Source of the DNA: Acidimicrobiia bacterium
GTDB lineage: Bacteria > Actinomycetota > Acidimicrobiia > Spongiisociales > ZC4RG35
Length of the DNA stretch: 64,000 bases
Reading direction: 5' to 3'
NCBI GenBank assembly: GCA_965215185.1
Contig: OZ244034.1
Span: 2,880,001 to 2,944,000 of the forward strand
Translations under genes and position numbers: made by a program
In this document: in pieces, positions 9,501-18,316 of the stretch
How positions within the stretch are numbered: position 1 is the stretch's first letter
How the letters are laid out: every line of letters starts with the position of its first letter
Notes under the pieces: generated by a model
Database searches by the model: none
What the model saw: only the letters and a program-made list of their open reading frames with translations
Told to the model about the DNA's origin: nothing

Positions 9501-12500
9501 GTCCCGCCGCCAGCGTTCTCGGTGGTCCAGTTGCTGTCGGACTTGTCCGAAGCATGGCTTGTGATGTAGCGGACTTCGTACCCGCTGATCGAAGCCGTGC
9601 CAGTGTTTGACGGGACGTCCCATTTGACCTTGAGAGAGGTGTCGCTGGAGACAATCGATTTGATGGTTGCCTCACCGGGGGCGTTCCGGTGGCCGTAGAC
9701 GGTGAGACTCCAATTCCGCAATCGGCTTGTTGAACCCCCGGAGTAGCGATCGGTGATGTGGAGTTTCCAATCGCCCGCGGGGTCTTCTCCCAAGTGCCTG
9801 GCTGAGCCAAAACGGTAGCTGCCGTTGAGTGCGCAACTGACCTCAAAGATGTCGAGATAGCGAGCGCAGTTCCCCGGGGAGTAGGGCACGGACAAAGTGG
9901 AGAAATCACCTGACGGAGATTCCAGTCTCACCTCCAGGTTCCTGAAGTCAGGAGCGGAGAAATTGGTGTTGATTTCCACGAATTCGACGAACTGCACTTC
10001 AGAACCCATGGTGATGGTGCTCGTCACGGTTGTGTCATTGTCGGGTATGGTCAGCGACCCCCCTGTGGAATTTGCCGTTTCCTGGGCGAACTCGGGGAGA
10101 TTGGTCCAACTGGAGGGGTTTGCCAAGTCCACTGCCGCCTTGGCGTCTACTACTCCGAAGCCATATTCGTGGTTGAAGCTGTAATTTCCAGTCGAGCCGT
10201 ATTTGGATGCCCCCTCTTCCCAGCCGCCGTTGGCCGAGTCGTTCTTGCGGGCCGAAGCGGCCAAAATGAGCTTCACGTCCCGCCAGGTCAGATCGGTGTT
10301 GGCGGCGCGAATCAGAGCAACTACCCCCGCCACCGCGGGAGCCGCCGAAGAGGTGCCGCCGAACGAGTTGATGTAAGCGTTGTAATTGGTGGTGGTGGTG
10401 ATACCGGGGCGGTCGCCGTAATCGTTCGAAGGACCGCACACCCACAGGTTGGCGCCTTGCTCCGAGTAGGCGGACCGCTCGCCAAGGTTGTTCACCGCGC
10501 ACACCGCGGTCACTCCGTAGTAATTAACAATCTCTTCGAGGTTCGAATTGTCACCTTTTCGACCTCCGTTGCCGGCCGCCCACACATAGAACACGCCTTT
10601 GCCTCCCAGACCTTGCGTGATTCCTAACTTCACCGCTTCTTCCCAGCCTTCGTGGATACGATCTACTCCAGGCCCGTCCAGAGAACCCCAACTGTTGGTG
10701 TTGACATGGGTGGTCTCCATTTCACGGATCGCGGCATCTGTGATGTTTACATTGGTGCCTTTTCGAAGGATGTTGTACGCATATATCTTGGCCCGCGGCG
10801 CTACTCCTCTACCCCCCAGGCTGTTGTCCCGCGCTGCAATGACACCCGCTACGTTGGTGCCGTGGGAGTTGTCATAGTAGAACACTTCATCGCCACCCCG
10901 GTAGTCATGGTTGAGGCTGGTGTTTACGTTGGGCTTTAAGTCGTCATGCTCGTAATCCAAACCGTTGTCAACCACCGCCACATTGATTCCTGCGCCCATG
11001 TTTCCGCCGGTCCATACATCTAAAACGTTGATGTCTTCCCCCGCTGTGCCGTTCAACTGGCCGGTGTTATCGAGGTGCCACTGGCATCCGTACAGGGGAT
11101 CGTCGAAGGAGGCGCTTATTGCCGAGCATTCGGTCACAGTGTTCTGATGACTTGTGTCCTCGATCATTTGGATGGTGTAGGGACCCGTTCCCACATCGTC
11201 GGCAATGTCGACCTTCATGTAATAGGTGCCGGCCCCCAAGCGGGTCCGTAGGCTAAAACCCTTTCCGCCCTCTGAGAAAAGGTCTTCGTAGATGTCCGCA
11301 GCTACCTCGGTGCCTCCGCTATCAAGCAGAGCCCCATCGATATCAACCGATCTACTCAGGGCTCGGAAGAAGATGTAGGTGCTCTCGGTGGTAACTATTT
11401 TGAAATAGTCCGAATCGGTTGAGGGATCCATTCTGCCCCCTCTTATGAACGATCGAGGGCTTGGATCGCCGAACTCCAAGGGGACCGCGTCCGAAAGTGT
11501 GTTTCCTGGTTCTGTGACCGTTTCAACGTGGATCGTGTATAGACCGGTAACTGCTCTGCCAGATCGTCGGGAGTGTGGGAACGACTCGACTTTGATGTAG
11601 TACACGCCGGCTGCCAGTTTGGCGCGGATGAGGAATTGCTTACTGGATAGGAGATCTCCATCATCGTTGTCCTTGATCTTCCTACTACGGCTGTCCAGTA
11701 GTTCTCCCACCGTGTCGTAGATCTGACCTGTGCTGCGTATGACGAGGTCGGTTTCTTCTTCCAGCTCTATCTTGAAGTAATCAACGTCGCCTCGCGGTGT
11801 CAATATGCCGTTCTCGAAGCTGCCAGGTGCTATTTCCTGGGCATTTCCTGTGCCGGTGGTTTCCGGGATCGTCTTGGTGCGCAAAACAAAGGGTCCGGTG
11901 GTGCTGTTTTCGTAACTGGTGACTTGGATGTAATATATTCCAGCTCCCAGATTCGCCGTGAGCAGGAAGTTCAATGGCCCATGGGAAAGACGACCGTCGT
12001 CATTGGAGCCCAGACTGTTGCCGTCTTTATCAAAGATCTCCCCACGGGTGTCGAGGTCACCGTAGGTGAAGATTAGAAACTGGGTCCTTTCCCTGAGGAC
12101 AAATTTGAAAAAGTCCTTGTCTGTTGCCGGATCGATCTTGCCCCCCATCCGGATGTCGAGTGGCAGGTCGGTGGCTGTCTGGAGGGTGTCGCCGTGCTCC
12201 TTCGGTGTGCCCGTTGCGGTGGCCGACCAAAGGCCGTCGGTTGTGGCCACTGCCCGTATCTGGACGTCATATACCGTGCCGTTAGTCAGACCGGCCAGCA
12301 CGTACTCTCTCCTACCGGATGTCCAGATATCTTCTTCTTCGGTCCAGTTGGTGGCAGAGGATTCCTTATAGCGAAGATCGTATGCGGTGATGTTTGCTTC
12401 TTCGAGGTCCGTGGGAACCTCCCAGGTGACGGTGAGAGCCTCGTCACCGGGGGTGATAGATGGTTCGTTGGGTTCGGGTTTCCCGGTGGAGGTAGCCGAC

Positions 12501-12844
12501 CAAGCCCCGTCTTCAGTGGTGTAAGCACGGATCTGGATGTCGTATTCCGTGTCGTTGGCCAAGCCGGTGAGCACATACCTCAAAGCGCCGGCGCCGGGGG
12601 TCCAAATGGTCCCTTGCGGCATCGGCATCCATTTGTCATCGGATTTATCCGTGGCGTCACTCTCTATGTAGCGAAGGTGGTAGGCGGTGATGCCGGTCAC
12701 CCCGGTGGGTGCGGTCCATTCGATGATGAGCGCCTGGTGGAAGGGGGTGATCGAATCGATAGTCGGTGGGCCGGGGCTCTGCGCCCAAACTTCGCCGGGG
12801 GCCACCAGTAGACACATCAGCGCGCAAATCAATCCATAACGCAT
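6527..12844 (-). CDS. Giant secreted kexin/furin-like S8 serine protease: signal peptide, 2 FN3, 3 PPC-like, S8, P-domain, FN3, cadherin-like/Ig repeats, poly-Gly, C-terminal SLH domains
   Basis: Signal peptide MRYGLICALMCLLVAPGEVWAQ. Catalytic motifs VVDNG, SHGTNVAG, AAGNGG and GTSSAAP. LTWRDVKLILA and FNHEYGFGVVDA are kexin-like. P-domain EFVEI..GDWKLHITD; cadherin DYE/DFE and DPD motifs; SLH FCPDANLTRQQ, TRGQMA and TRAEAA. Confidence 0.9.
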   Translation of the reverse strand: MRYGLICALMCLLVAPGEVWAQSPGPPTIDSITPFHQALIIEWTAPTGVTGITAYHLRYIESDATDKSDDKWMPMPQGTIWTPGAGALRYVLTGLANDTEYDIQIRAYTTEDGAWSATSTGKPEPNEPSITPGDEALTVTWEVPTDLEEANITAYDLRYKESSATNWTEEEDIWTSGRREYVLAGLTNGTVYDVQIRAVATTDGLWSATATGTPKEHGDTLQTATDLPLDIRMGGKIDPATDKDFFKFVLRERTQFLIFTYGDLDTRGEIFDKDGNSLGSNDDGRLSHGPLNFLLTANLGAGIYYIQVTSYENSTTGPFVLRTKTIPETTGTGNAQEIAPGSFENGILTPRGDVDYFKIELEEETDLVIRSTGQIYDTVGELLDSRSRKIKDNDDGDLLSSKQFLIRAKLAAGVYYIKVESFPHSRRSGRAVTGLYTIHVETVTEPGNTLSDAVPLEFGDPSPRSFIRGGRMDPSTDSDYFKIVTTESTYIFFRALSRSVDIDGALLDSGGTEVAADIYEDLFSEGGKGFSLRTRLGAGTYYMKVDIADDVGTGPYTIQMIEDTSHQNTVTECSAISASFDDPLYGCQWHLDNTGQLNGTAGEDINVLDVWTGGNMGAGINVAVVDNGLDYEHDDLKPNVNTSLNHDYRGGDEVFYYDNSHGTNVAGVIAARDNSLGGRGVAPRAKIYAYNILRKGTNVNITDAAIREMETTHVNTNSWGSLDGPGVDRIHEGWEEAVKLGITQGLGGKGVFYVWAAGNGGRKGDNSNLEEIVNYYGVTAVCAVNNLGERSAYSEQGANLWVCGPSNDYGDRPGITTTTNYNAYINSFGGTSSAAPAVAGVVALIRAANTDLTWRDVKLILAASARKNDSANGGWEEGASKYGSTGNYSFNHEYGFGVVDAKAAVDLANPSSWTNLPEFAQETANSTGGSLTIPDNDTTVTSTITMGSEVQFVEFVEINTNFSAPDFRNLEVRLESPSGDFSTLSVPYSPGNCARYLDIFEVSCALNGSYRFGSARHLGEDPAGDWKLHITDRYSGGSTSRLRNWSLTVYGHRNAPGEATIKSIVSSDTSLKVKWDVPSNTGTASISGYEVRYITSHASDKSDSNWTTENAGGGTAREYTITSLETNKKYDVQLRAKNSEGDGPWSATKEGTPVLNVDPYFEEGDDADREIEENSPAEALVGLPVEAIDTDGDTLTYSLTGTDSRFFDLDTATGQISVDVGTSLDADTRDNYSVGVRVSDQKNIHDVTDTRIDDTIDVAIKVLDVDEKPIVTGQTTVFYTENGDRPIGTYSATDPEREPIQNWDITGPDDALFDFVLTNNVFSPSFRSPPDFEVRRDDDGDNTYEITVVASDGNDDGSLDITVTVTNQNEAHEVIGQTDIDYTENGTVEVAGYSVMDPENHDSFTWKPAGPDSGDFTIDENGGLHFSAPPDYENPADANRDNTYLVTVEASDGAITKGIDVTVNVTNENEEESFTLSTDQPQEDSRLTATLIDPDGVTAATWEWHSSTNRNGPWLLVDGAASNSYRPVAADVGKYLRVSVSYTDHGTVKPLEIVSDNRVQAKPVSNRAPDFPLSETGVRSIEENTPPGMDIGLPVESDDPDNNDRLTYTLSGSHATLLDINDSTGQLRTKTEPDFEQRSRYTVRVTATDLSGLSDTITVTVNIENLDEDGTVTLPSDPPQVGRPLKAELEDPDGGVSDLTWSWRRSLSRFANGTLIDGATSHTYTPTTDDQDHYLRAVATYDDREGPNKSADAVTNDPVPEITLSVAPSQISEGSRATLTATTGNARTFPGDQTVTLRVIGGSAIEGVDYTITPPAITISGGETSGAATITALTDSQTESTETIVIEAEHNGQIVGTVTVTIRGGGGGGGGGGGGGGGGGGGGGGGGGGGGGFDEGGGDELPPGASELFTDVPAGVWYESAVSWMILHEVTRGCTTTMFCPDANLTRQQFVTFLWRAAGQPAPPYLGSEAFTDVRQGVYAEEPIGWAVANGVTRGCTPGEFGDPDWRFCPTQSVTRGQMATLLYRHTEADYIGTVPSHTDIEIDAFYAVSAAWLTDFQVVPGCGPDLFCPDRDATRAEAAVFINGVAIRPHIWGPGNTSFIPQPN
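7169..7255 (-). repeat. Poly-glycine tract (29 Gly codons) linking the stalk to the SLH anchor
   Basis: 87 bp of GGN codons, mostly GGT/GGA, between R and F. Confidence 0.95.
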
Positions 12845-12891
12845 TGATTTCAACGAGTGCCTCCCCAGGTGGACCCCTTCAAGACGCGGCC

Positions 12892-13842
12892 CTACTTGGT
12901 GGCTCTTTCCGTCCACCAGTTAGGACTTGAAAACACCACGCCATCCTGACCTGCAAGCGCGTTCGCCAGTTCCAAAGACGGGAAACCCGGTTCGGTCTCG
13001 ATGAAGAAGCCGTTCGGAAGCCATTCCAGTTCCGACACCTGGTCCAAGGTGATCTGGTTGGTGGCGAAAAAGGCGTCGGTGTCGGTTTGGCTCCACTCTG
13101 GATCAAGAGCCAGCAACACGCCTCCGGGCAGTGTCATCAACGCCCCGGAATCCGAGCGAAATACCGGCAGTCCATCGCTCTGGGTACTCCCGCTGGAACC
13201 CTGCTGTCCCCGAACTACGCTTCCCGCCCCGGTGTCGGCTATGACTTCGTCGCTGGGGAGGGTGGCGCCGTCCTCTCGCACTGTCAGATCCGGTTGTAGC
13301 GTCGCCTCCAACGTTCGGTCACCGTCCTGCCAGGAGTAGGTGGGGCCTTTGGAGGAACCGGGACTGTCTACAGGTTGGTCGCTGATGTGCGCCGGTTCTT
13401 CTTGTCCTTCTCCCGGGCTCTCGGCCTTCTCCGCGGAACTGCCATCGGAATCGACCGACAAAACAGTGTCGCTTGAGATCGTCTCGGATACTCCAGGGTT
13501 TTCCTCACCGGTGTACGTCTCGGCTCTGGATGTGGCAGTGGGGGCAGTAGTCGGTGGGGATTCGCCGGAAGCCACGGAGTGACTTGTAGAGGTTGTGCCC
13601 TTTTCTGGCAGCGGCGCATCGGGTGGGAGAAGCTCAATCGCATCACTCGAGGTCGTGGATGCGGGCTCAGCGACCAAGGCGGTTGGTCCCTGTTCGGTGG
13701 CCGAAACCGTGTCCTCGGTGGTGGCCGGGGATGTAAGGGACTGGACTGAAGAGGCGGGCATGTCGTCGCGCTCTAGCACCCAGAGGCCAATTGCCACCAA
13801 GGCAATGGCCACGATGACCAATAGGACCATTAGCCTTTTCAT
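12892..13842 (-). CDS. N-terminally anchored protein with a Ser/Thr/Pro/Glu linker and a C-terminal subtilase-prodomain-like domain (candidate trans-acting chaperone/inhibitor)
   Basis: RBS AGGAAG; MKRLMVLLVIVAIALVAIGLWVL hydrophobic N-terminus. C-terminal PVFRSDSGALMTLPGGVLLAL...SLELANALAGQDGVVFSSPNWWTERATK resembles S8 prodomains. Ends 47 bp before the protease start. Confidence 0.7.
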   Translation of the reverse strand: MKRLMVLLVIVAIALVAIGLWVLERDDMPASSVQSLTSPATTEDTVSATEQGPTALVAEPASTTSSDAIELLPPDAPLPEKGTTSTSHSVASGESPPTTAPTATSRAETYTGEENPGVSETISSDTVLSVDSDGSSAEKAESPGEGQEEPAHISDQPVDSPGSSKGPTYSWQDGDRTLEATLQPDLTVREDGATLPSDEVIADTGAGSVVRGQQGSSGSTQSDGLPVFRSDSGALMTLPGGVLLALDPEWSQTDTDAFFATNQITLDQVSELEWLPNGFFIETEPGFPSLELANALAGQDGVVFSSPNWWTERATK

Positions 13843-14121
13843 GTCACTTCCTGGCGGAGCGGGAACTCCAAATGGGCGATGCGAGGTAAAAGATGATATT
13901 AGGTTGGAGTATCGCAAAATCTGCGGAAGCCATGGTGAGGGCATCTCATAGGTGAGGCCGTGGTCGGAAGGCCTGTGACAGGGAGTCAAACAGGGTTAGG
14001 TCACAGGAACCCATGAGGCATGGAGCCTTGGCTGTGGAAGGAAACGTCGAACGAGACCTCCCTGGCTGCTTATTCTGGTGACTGGGTATGAAGGAAGTGC
14101 AGAGGCAGAGAGAGGCCTTGC

Positions 14122-15246
14122 CTAGGTTCCGACCAGCCTTTCGATCAGGGTGACCGACCGCAGCGAAGCGGTGCCGTCACCGTAGGGGGTGGGGGTTTGC
14201 GTCAGTTGGCGGTGGGTGAAGTCCAGGGTTTCTGTTATCTGCGTGATGGCTTCTTCCACGCCTTGACCTGGTTGGCGCAATACGGCGAAGGTGCCGATCA
14301 CCTCAGGGCGTTCGGTGGAGTTGCGGACTACCACCAAAGGGCGTTTGAGTACCGATACCTCTTCTTGCACGCCTCCCGAGTCGGAAACGACCAGGGCGCA
14401 TTCGGCCATAAGTGACAGGAAATCGGGGTAGGGGAGGGGATCCACCACCCGCAGTTTGTCCAGCAGCGGGCCCAGCCCGAAAGAGGCGGCTCTCTGGCGG
14501 CTGCGGGGATGGAGGGGCAGCACCACGGGCAATGAAAGGCTGGCCAGGTCGGAGAGGATGGTCTCCCAGGTCTGGGGATGATCGACGTTCTCGGGTCGAT
14601 GGAAGGTAGACAGGATGAAGCCGTTGGGTTTCAGACCGTAATGGGTCAGCACCTCGGCACGCTGGCCGGCGGGCGGGAGCAGCGAGTTAAGGGCTTCCAC
14701 CACCGGGTTGCCCGTGATAGCCACCCGGTCGCCACCGATTCCCTCCTTCGCCAGGTTCATAAAGGACGTTTCGGTGGGTGCCAGGCACAGGTCGGACAGA
14801 TGGTCGCAGACCACCCGGTTGTGCTCTTCAGGCATGGCCCGGTCGTAACTTCGAAGTCCCGCTTCGACATGCACCAGTGGAGTTTCGGCGGCGTTGGCGG
14901 CCAGGGAGCCGGCCAGCACCGCGTTGGTGTCGCCCTGAACCACCACCGCCCTGGGAGGGTCATCGGTGAACAACCGGGTCAGGCGGGAGGTCGCTTCTCC
15001 GATCTGGATACCCCGCGGCTCTCCTCCTACTTCCAGATAGTCGGAAGGAAAAGACAGGTCGAAGGCCCGAAAGAAATCGGCAGAGAGATTGGCGTCGTAG
15101 TGTTGGCCGGTGTGGATCACCCGGGCCGCGGGTCCCAAGAGTCGGATGATGTGCGCCAGTTTGATTATTTCGGGGCGGGTGCCCAGCACCACCGCTACCG
15201 AACCGGGAGGAAGATCAACGCTCACAATGGGTTGTGGGACGGCCAT
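14122..15246 (-). CDS. wecB: UDP-N-acetylglucosamine 2-epimerase (non-hydrolysing)
   Basis: VLGTRPEIIK, HTGQHYD, QGDTN, HVEAGLRS, PEEHNR, HRPEN, SDSGGVQEE, TERPE, YGDG. Confidence 0.95.
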   Translation of the reverse strand: MAVPQPIVSVDLPPGSVAVVLGTRPEIIKLAHIIRLLGPAARVIHTGQHYDANLSADFFRAFDLSFPSDYLEVGGEPRGIQIGEATSRLTRLFTDDPPRAVVVQGDTNAVLAGSLAANAAETPLVHVEAGLRSYDRAMPEEHNRVVCDHLSDLCLAPTETSFMNLAKEGIGGDRVAITGNPVVEALNSLLPPAGQRAEVLTHYGLKPNGFILSTFHRPENVDHPQTWETILSDLASLSLPVVLPLHPRSRQRAASFGLGPLLDKLRVVDPLPYPDFLSLMAECALVVSDSGGVQEEVSVLKRPLVVVRNSTERPEVIGTFAVLRQPGQGVEEAITQITETLDFTHRQLTQTPTPYGDGTASLRSVTLIERLVGT

Positions 15247-15839
15247 TCCCGATCGAGCAGCGAAAACACCATATGATCCATCCACTCTCCCCGCACCAGG
15301 ATCTCCTCCCGGGCGATCCCCTCATAGGAGAATCCCAGCTTCTCGGCGACCCTGCGACTGGAGTGGTTGCCCACTCCGATTCTCATCAGTATCCGATGGA
15401 GCCCCATTTCCTCAAAGCCGAGAGGCAGAAGCGCTTCGGCCGCCTCGGTGGCCACGCCCATATTGGCCAGGTCGGTTCGTACCCAATAGCCGATCTCCCC
15501 GGTGCGCTGTATCCGGGAGGTGTACCAGATCCCCGCTCCTCCCGCCACCCGACCGGGCTCCTCTTTCAGGCTGAGCGCGAAGTCGAAGGCCCGGCCCCGT
15601 CGCCAGGAACGGTGGGAGCTCTTGATGAAAATCCGGGCCTGGGGGAGTCCATAGAAGCCCTGCGCCCAGGGCAACCATCTACTCAGCTCGGGAAGCGACT
15701 CACCGACCGCTTCCGACAAAGGGCGGGCGTCACCGCTACGGAACCGGCGCAGCCAGAGCCGGTCGGTTGGTACTGCCGGGGGCATGGTATGGAAGAAGGT
15801 ATTCACAGGGTTTTTCGGTTGTCTTGCGCTTTGTGCCAT
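15222..15839 (-). CDS. GNAT family N-acetyltransferase (RimJ/RimL-like); start uncertain
   Basis: TDRLWLRRF, GEIGYW, GVATEAA, LHRI, NHSSRRVAEKLGFSYEG. Confidence 0.9.
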   Translation of the reverse strand: MAQSARQPKNPVNTFFHTMPPAVPTDRLWLRRFRSGDARPLSEAVGESLPELSRWLPWAQGFYGLPQARIFIKSSHRSWRRGRAFDFALSLKEEPGRVAGGAGIWYTSRIQRTGEIGYWVRTDLANMGVATEAAEALLPLGFEEMGLHRILMRIGVGNHSSRRVAEKLGFSYEGIAREEILVRGEWMDHMVFSLLDREWPSHNPL

Positions 15840-16401
15840 GATGGAGGGAATGTGGGACCGCCTTCAATACTCCTCCGAGGAGCCTATTCCTCCCAATGAG
15901 GGCATGGCGGCGGTCTTGGCCCCCATTTTCACAGATCAGGATGGAATTCTACGACTTGTGATCACCAAGCGGGCGCACACACTCAACAACCACGCCGGGC
16001 AACTCTCCTTTCCGGGCGGAAAGCCCAGTTCCGAGGACGCCGGTCCGGTGGAGACTGCTCTTCGCGAGACGTATGAGGAGGTGGGTATCCATCCCTCGCA
16101 GGTGGAGGTGCTCGGATTTCTACCGGTGATCCGCACTGTGCGGTTTGCCCTGCCCATGCTGGGGGTGGTCGCCCGCATCAAGGATGAACCGGTGTGTCGT
16201 CCCTCTCCCGATGAGGTGGAGAAGGTTCTCACACCCTCCCTGGAGAGCCTGGCCGAACCCGCAAACTGGCTTGATCGAAGCTGGGCCGGCGTTCCGCTTT
16301 GGTTCACCGAGGTATCAGGGGAATGGCTGTGGGGGGCCACCGCCCATCTGGTCCGCGTAATGCTGGGATTGCCCGTGACCTCGCGGCCCGCCGTTCGGTG
16401 A
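15838..16401 (+). CDS. Nudix CoA pyrophosphatase
   Basis: AAVL..TKRA..LNNHAGQLSFPGG..ETALRETYEEVGI, PSPDEVE, LWGATA. Confidence 0.9.
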   Translation: MMEGMWDRLQYSSEEPIPPNEGMAAVLAPIFTDQDGILRLVITKRAHTLNNHAGQLSFPGGKPSSEDAGPVETALRETYEEVGIHPSQVEVLGFLPVIRTVRFALPMLGVVARIKDEPVCRPSPDEVEKVLTPSLESLAEPANWLDRSWAGVPLWFTEVSGEWLWGATAHLVRVMLGLPVTSRPAVR

Positions 16402-16454
16402 ATCGCCACTCGTAAAGCCAGATGATGGTGTTATCCAAAGGCGGAAGCTGCCGT

Positions 16455-16476
16455 TGTCACTTTGATTTCGTACAAT
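16455..16476 (+). promoter_or_regulatory. Orphan TGTCAC-N10-TACAAT promoter
   Basis: TTGTCAC tttgatttcg TACAAT between convergent genes; no credible + strand CDS downstream. Confidence 0.55.
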
Positions 16477-16591
16477 TCGTCCTTGGAACCACAGATCTCC
16501 TCAGGGTGGGTTAGGTCGGCTTCGGCGGGACCCTTGTGCTCCCCGTCTTCTATCTGGACTCTGGGGTTTTCCGCTTGCTGCCCAACGGCGC

Positions 16592-18190
16592 CTATTGAGG
16601 AGGCGATGCGTTCTCCAACCGCAGCAGGCCCACAATCAGGCCGTCGGAAAGAGCCTCCCACGAGGCTTCGATGATATTGGGATGGACTCCCACCGTCCCC
16701 CAGGAGGTGGTTCCATCGGTGGTTTCGATCAGTACCCGCACGGTGGCGCCGGTGCCGTCGGAGGAGTCCAGCACCCGGACCCGGTAGTCGATCAGTCGAA
16801 GGAGCTCGACCTGGGGAAAAGCGGAGGTCAGCGCGGAACGGAGAGCCTGGTCGAGTGCATGGACCGGGCCCACTCCGGTACCGGTGGTGTGGTGGCGTTG
16901 TTCTCCGAGCTCCACTACCACCTCGGCCTTGGAGACGACTTCACCAGGGCCGTTGTCATGGTGGATGGAGACCGAAAAGCTCTGGGTTGAAAAGAGATTC
17001 TGGCGCCAGCCGAGTGTGTATCTCACCAACAATTCGAATGATCCGTCGGCAGCTTCGAACTGGTATCCGCGGTGTTCCTGTTCCTTGACCTGCTCCAGCA
17101 CCTCGCCAGCGGAATTTTGATCGAGGCCAATGCCCAGGGAGGCGGCCCTTCGGATGACGGCCGCCCGCCCCGCCTGTTCGGAGATGACCATCCGGGTGCG
17201 GTTGCCCACCAGGTCAGGTCGGGTGTGCTCGTAAGCGTCGGGTCGCCGCGCCAGGGCGGAGGTGTGAAGACCGGCCTTGTGGGTGAAGGCGGAGGAACCG
17301 ACATAGGGACGGTGGGGATCCAAAGTGATATTGACCACCTCGGCTATGTGGTGGGAGATGGAGGAAATCTGTGAGAGCCGCCCGCTATCAACCACGGGGA
17401 CGCCCATTTTCAGCACCAGGTCTGGGATGACCGTGGAGAGGTCGGCGTTCCCGGTCCGCTCTCCGTAGCCGTTGATGCATCCCTGCAACTGTCTGACCCC
17501 CTGCCCGGCGGCGCCCAACGAGGACGCAACCGCGCATCCGGTGTCGTTGTGAAAGTGGACTCCCAGCTCGGCTTGAGGCAGGGCCCGGTCAATCTGGACA
17601 ATGGTCCGGGTTATCTCGGTGGGCAGCGCTCCACCGTTGGTGTCGCACAGCACCAGCCGTTCCGCTCCGGCTTCCCAGGCCGCCTTAATCACCGCCAAGG
17701 CGTATTGGGGATTTGTCCGATAACCGTCGAAAAAGTGCTCGGCGTCGAAGAAAACCCGCCGGCCGTGCGATTTGAGATACTCCACCGACTCGGCGGCCAT
17801 CCGTATTCCCTCATCGGGCTCACAGCGCAACGCTTCTCGGACGTGATAATCCCATGACTTTCCCACGATGCAGATGATCTCGGTCTCCGCCTCCAGGAGA
17901 TGGCGCAGTTGCGGGTCGGCCTCCACCCGCCGGGAGGGCCGGCGCGTGGACCCGAAGGCAGTGAGTTGGCTGTTTGACAGGGACAGTTCCGTCTTGGCCC
18001 GAGCAAAAAACTCGTTGTCTTTGGGTAGAGCTCCCGGCCACCCACCCTCGATGTAATGAACGCCCAAAGAGTCCAGAAGCGAGGCGATTCGCAGCTTGTC
18101 GGAGACGGTGAGGGAGATACCCTCCTGCTGTGCGCCGTCACGGAGAGTCGTGTCGTATATCTCGAGCTTTGGGTGGATGGTGGGGGTCAT
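16592..18190 (-). CDS. cimA: Citramalate synthase
   Basis: DTTLRDGAQQEG, YIEGGWPG, FFDAEHFFDG, LCDTNGG, HFHND, GYGERTGNA, HKAGLH, FEAADGSFELL; C-terminal regulatory domain WGTVGVHPNII. Confidence 0.93.
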   Translation of the reverse strand: MTPTIHPKLEIYDTTLRDGAQQEGISLTVSDKLRIASLLDSLGVHYIEGGWPGALPKDNEFFARAKTELSLSNSQLTAFGSTRRPSRRVEADPQLRHLLEAETEIICIVGKSWDYHVREALRCEPDEGIRMAAESVEYLKSHGRRVFFDAEHFFDGYRTNPQYALAVIKAAWEAGAERLVLCDTNGGALPTEITRTIVQIDRALPQAELGVHFHNDTGCAVASSLGAAGQGVRQLQGCINGYGERTGNADLSTVIPDLVLKMGVPVVDSGRLSQISSISHHIAEVVNITLDPHRPYVGSSAFTHKAGLHTSALARRPDAYEHTRPDLVGNRTRMVISEQAGRAAVIRRAASLGIGLDQNSAGEVLEQVKEQEHRGYQFEAADGSFELLVRYTLGWRQNLFSTQSFSVSIHHDNGPGEVVSKAEVVVELGEQRHHTTGTGVGPVHALDQALRSALTSAFPQVELLRLIDYRVRVLDSSDGTGATVRVLIETTDGTTSWGTVGVHPNIIEASWEALSDGLIVGLLRLENASPPQ

Positions 18191-18215
18191 GGTCTTAGTC
18201 CTGTTCGGGGCAATG

Positions 18216-18243
18216 AAAAAGCCCTCCGCTGGGCGGAGGGCTT
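18216..18243 (-). terminator. Rho-independent attenuator terminator in the cimA leader
   Basis: Minus strand AAGCCCTCCGC-CCA-GCGGAGGGCTT-TTT, 25 bp upstream of the cimA ATG. Confidence 0.9.
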
Positions 18244-18267
18244 GGCGCAGGCTCGGGTTGCCAGCGC

Positions 18268-18309
18268 CTATGGGTCAATAATGATGGAGCGGGAACTGAT
18301 CTGTTTCAC
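18268..18309 (-). CDS. Ile-rich attenuator leader peptide (MKQISSRSIIIDP)
   Basis: GTG AAA CAG ATC AGT TCC CGC TCC ATC ATT ATT GAC CCA TAG: four Ile codons, three consecutive, just before the terminator. Confidence 0.8.
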   Translation of the reverse strand: MKQISSRSIIIDP

Positions 18310-18316
18310 GGCCCCC

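Noticed and set aside
13958-13980. Further TGTCAC sites (13975-13980 minus; also ~54315-54320 minus)
   Set aside because: No TAnnnT at the N10 position, so they were not counted as motif copies.
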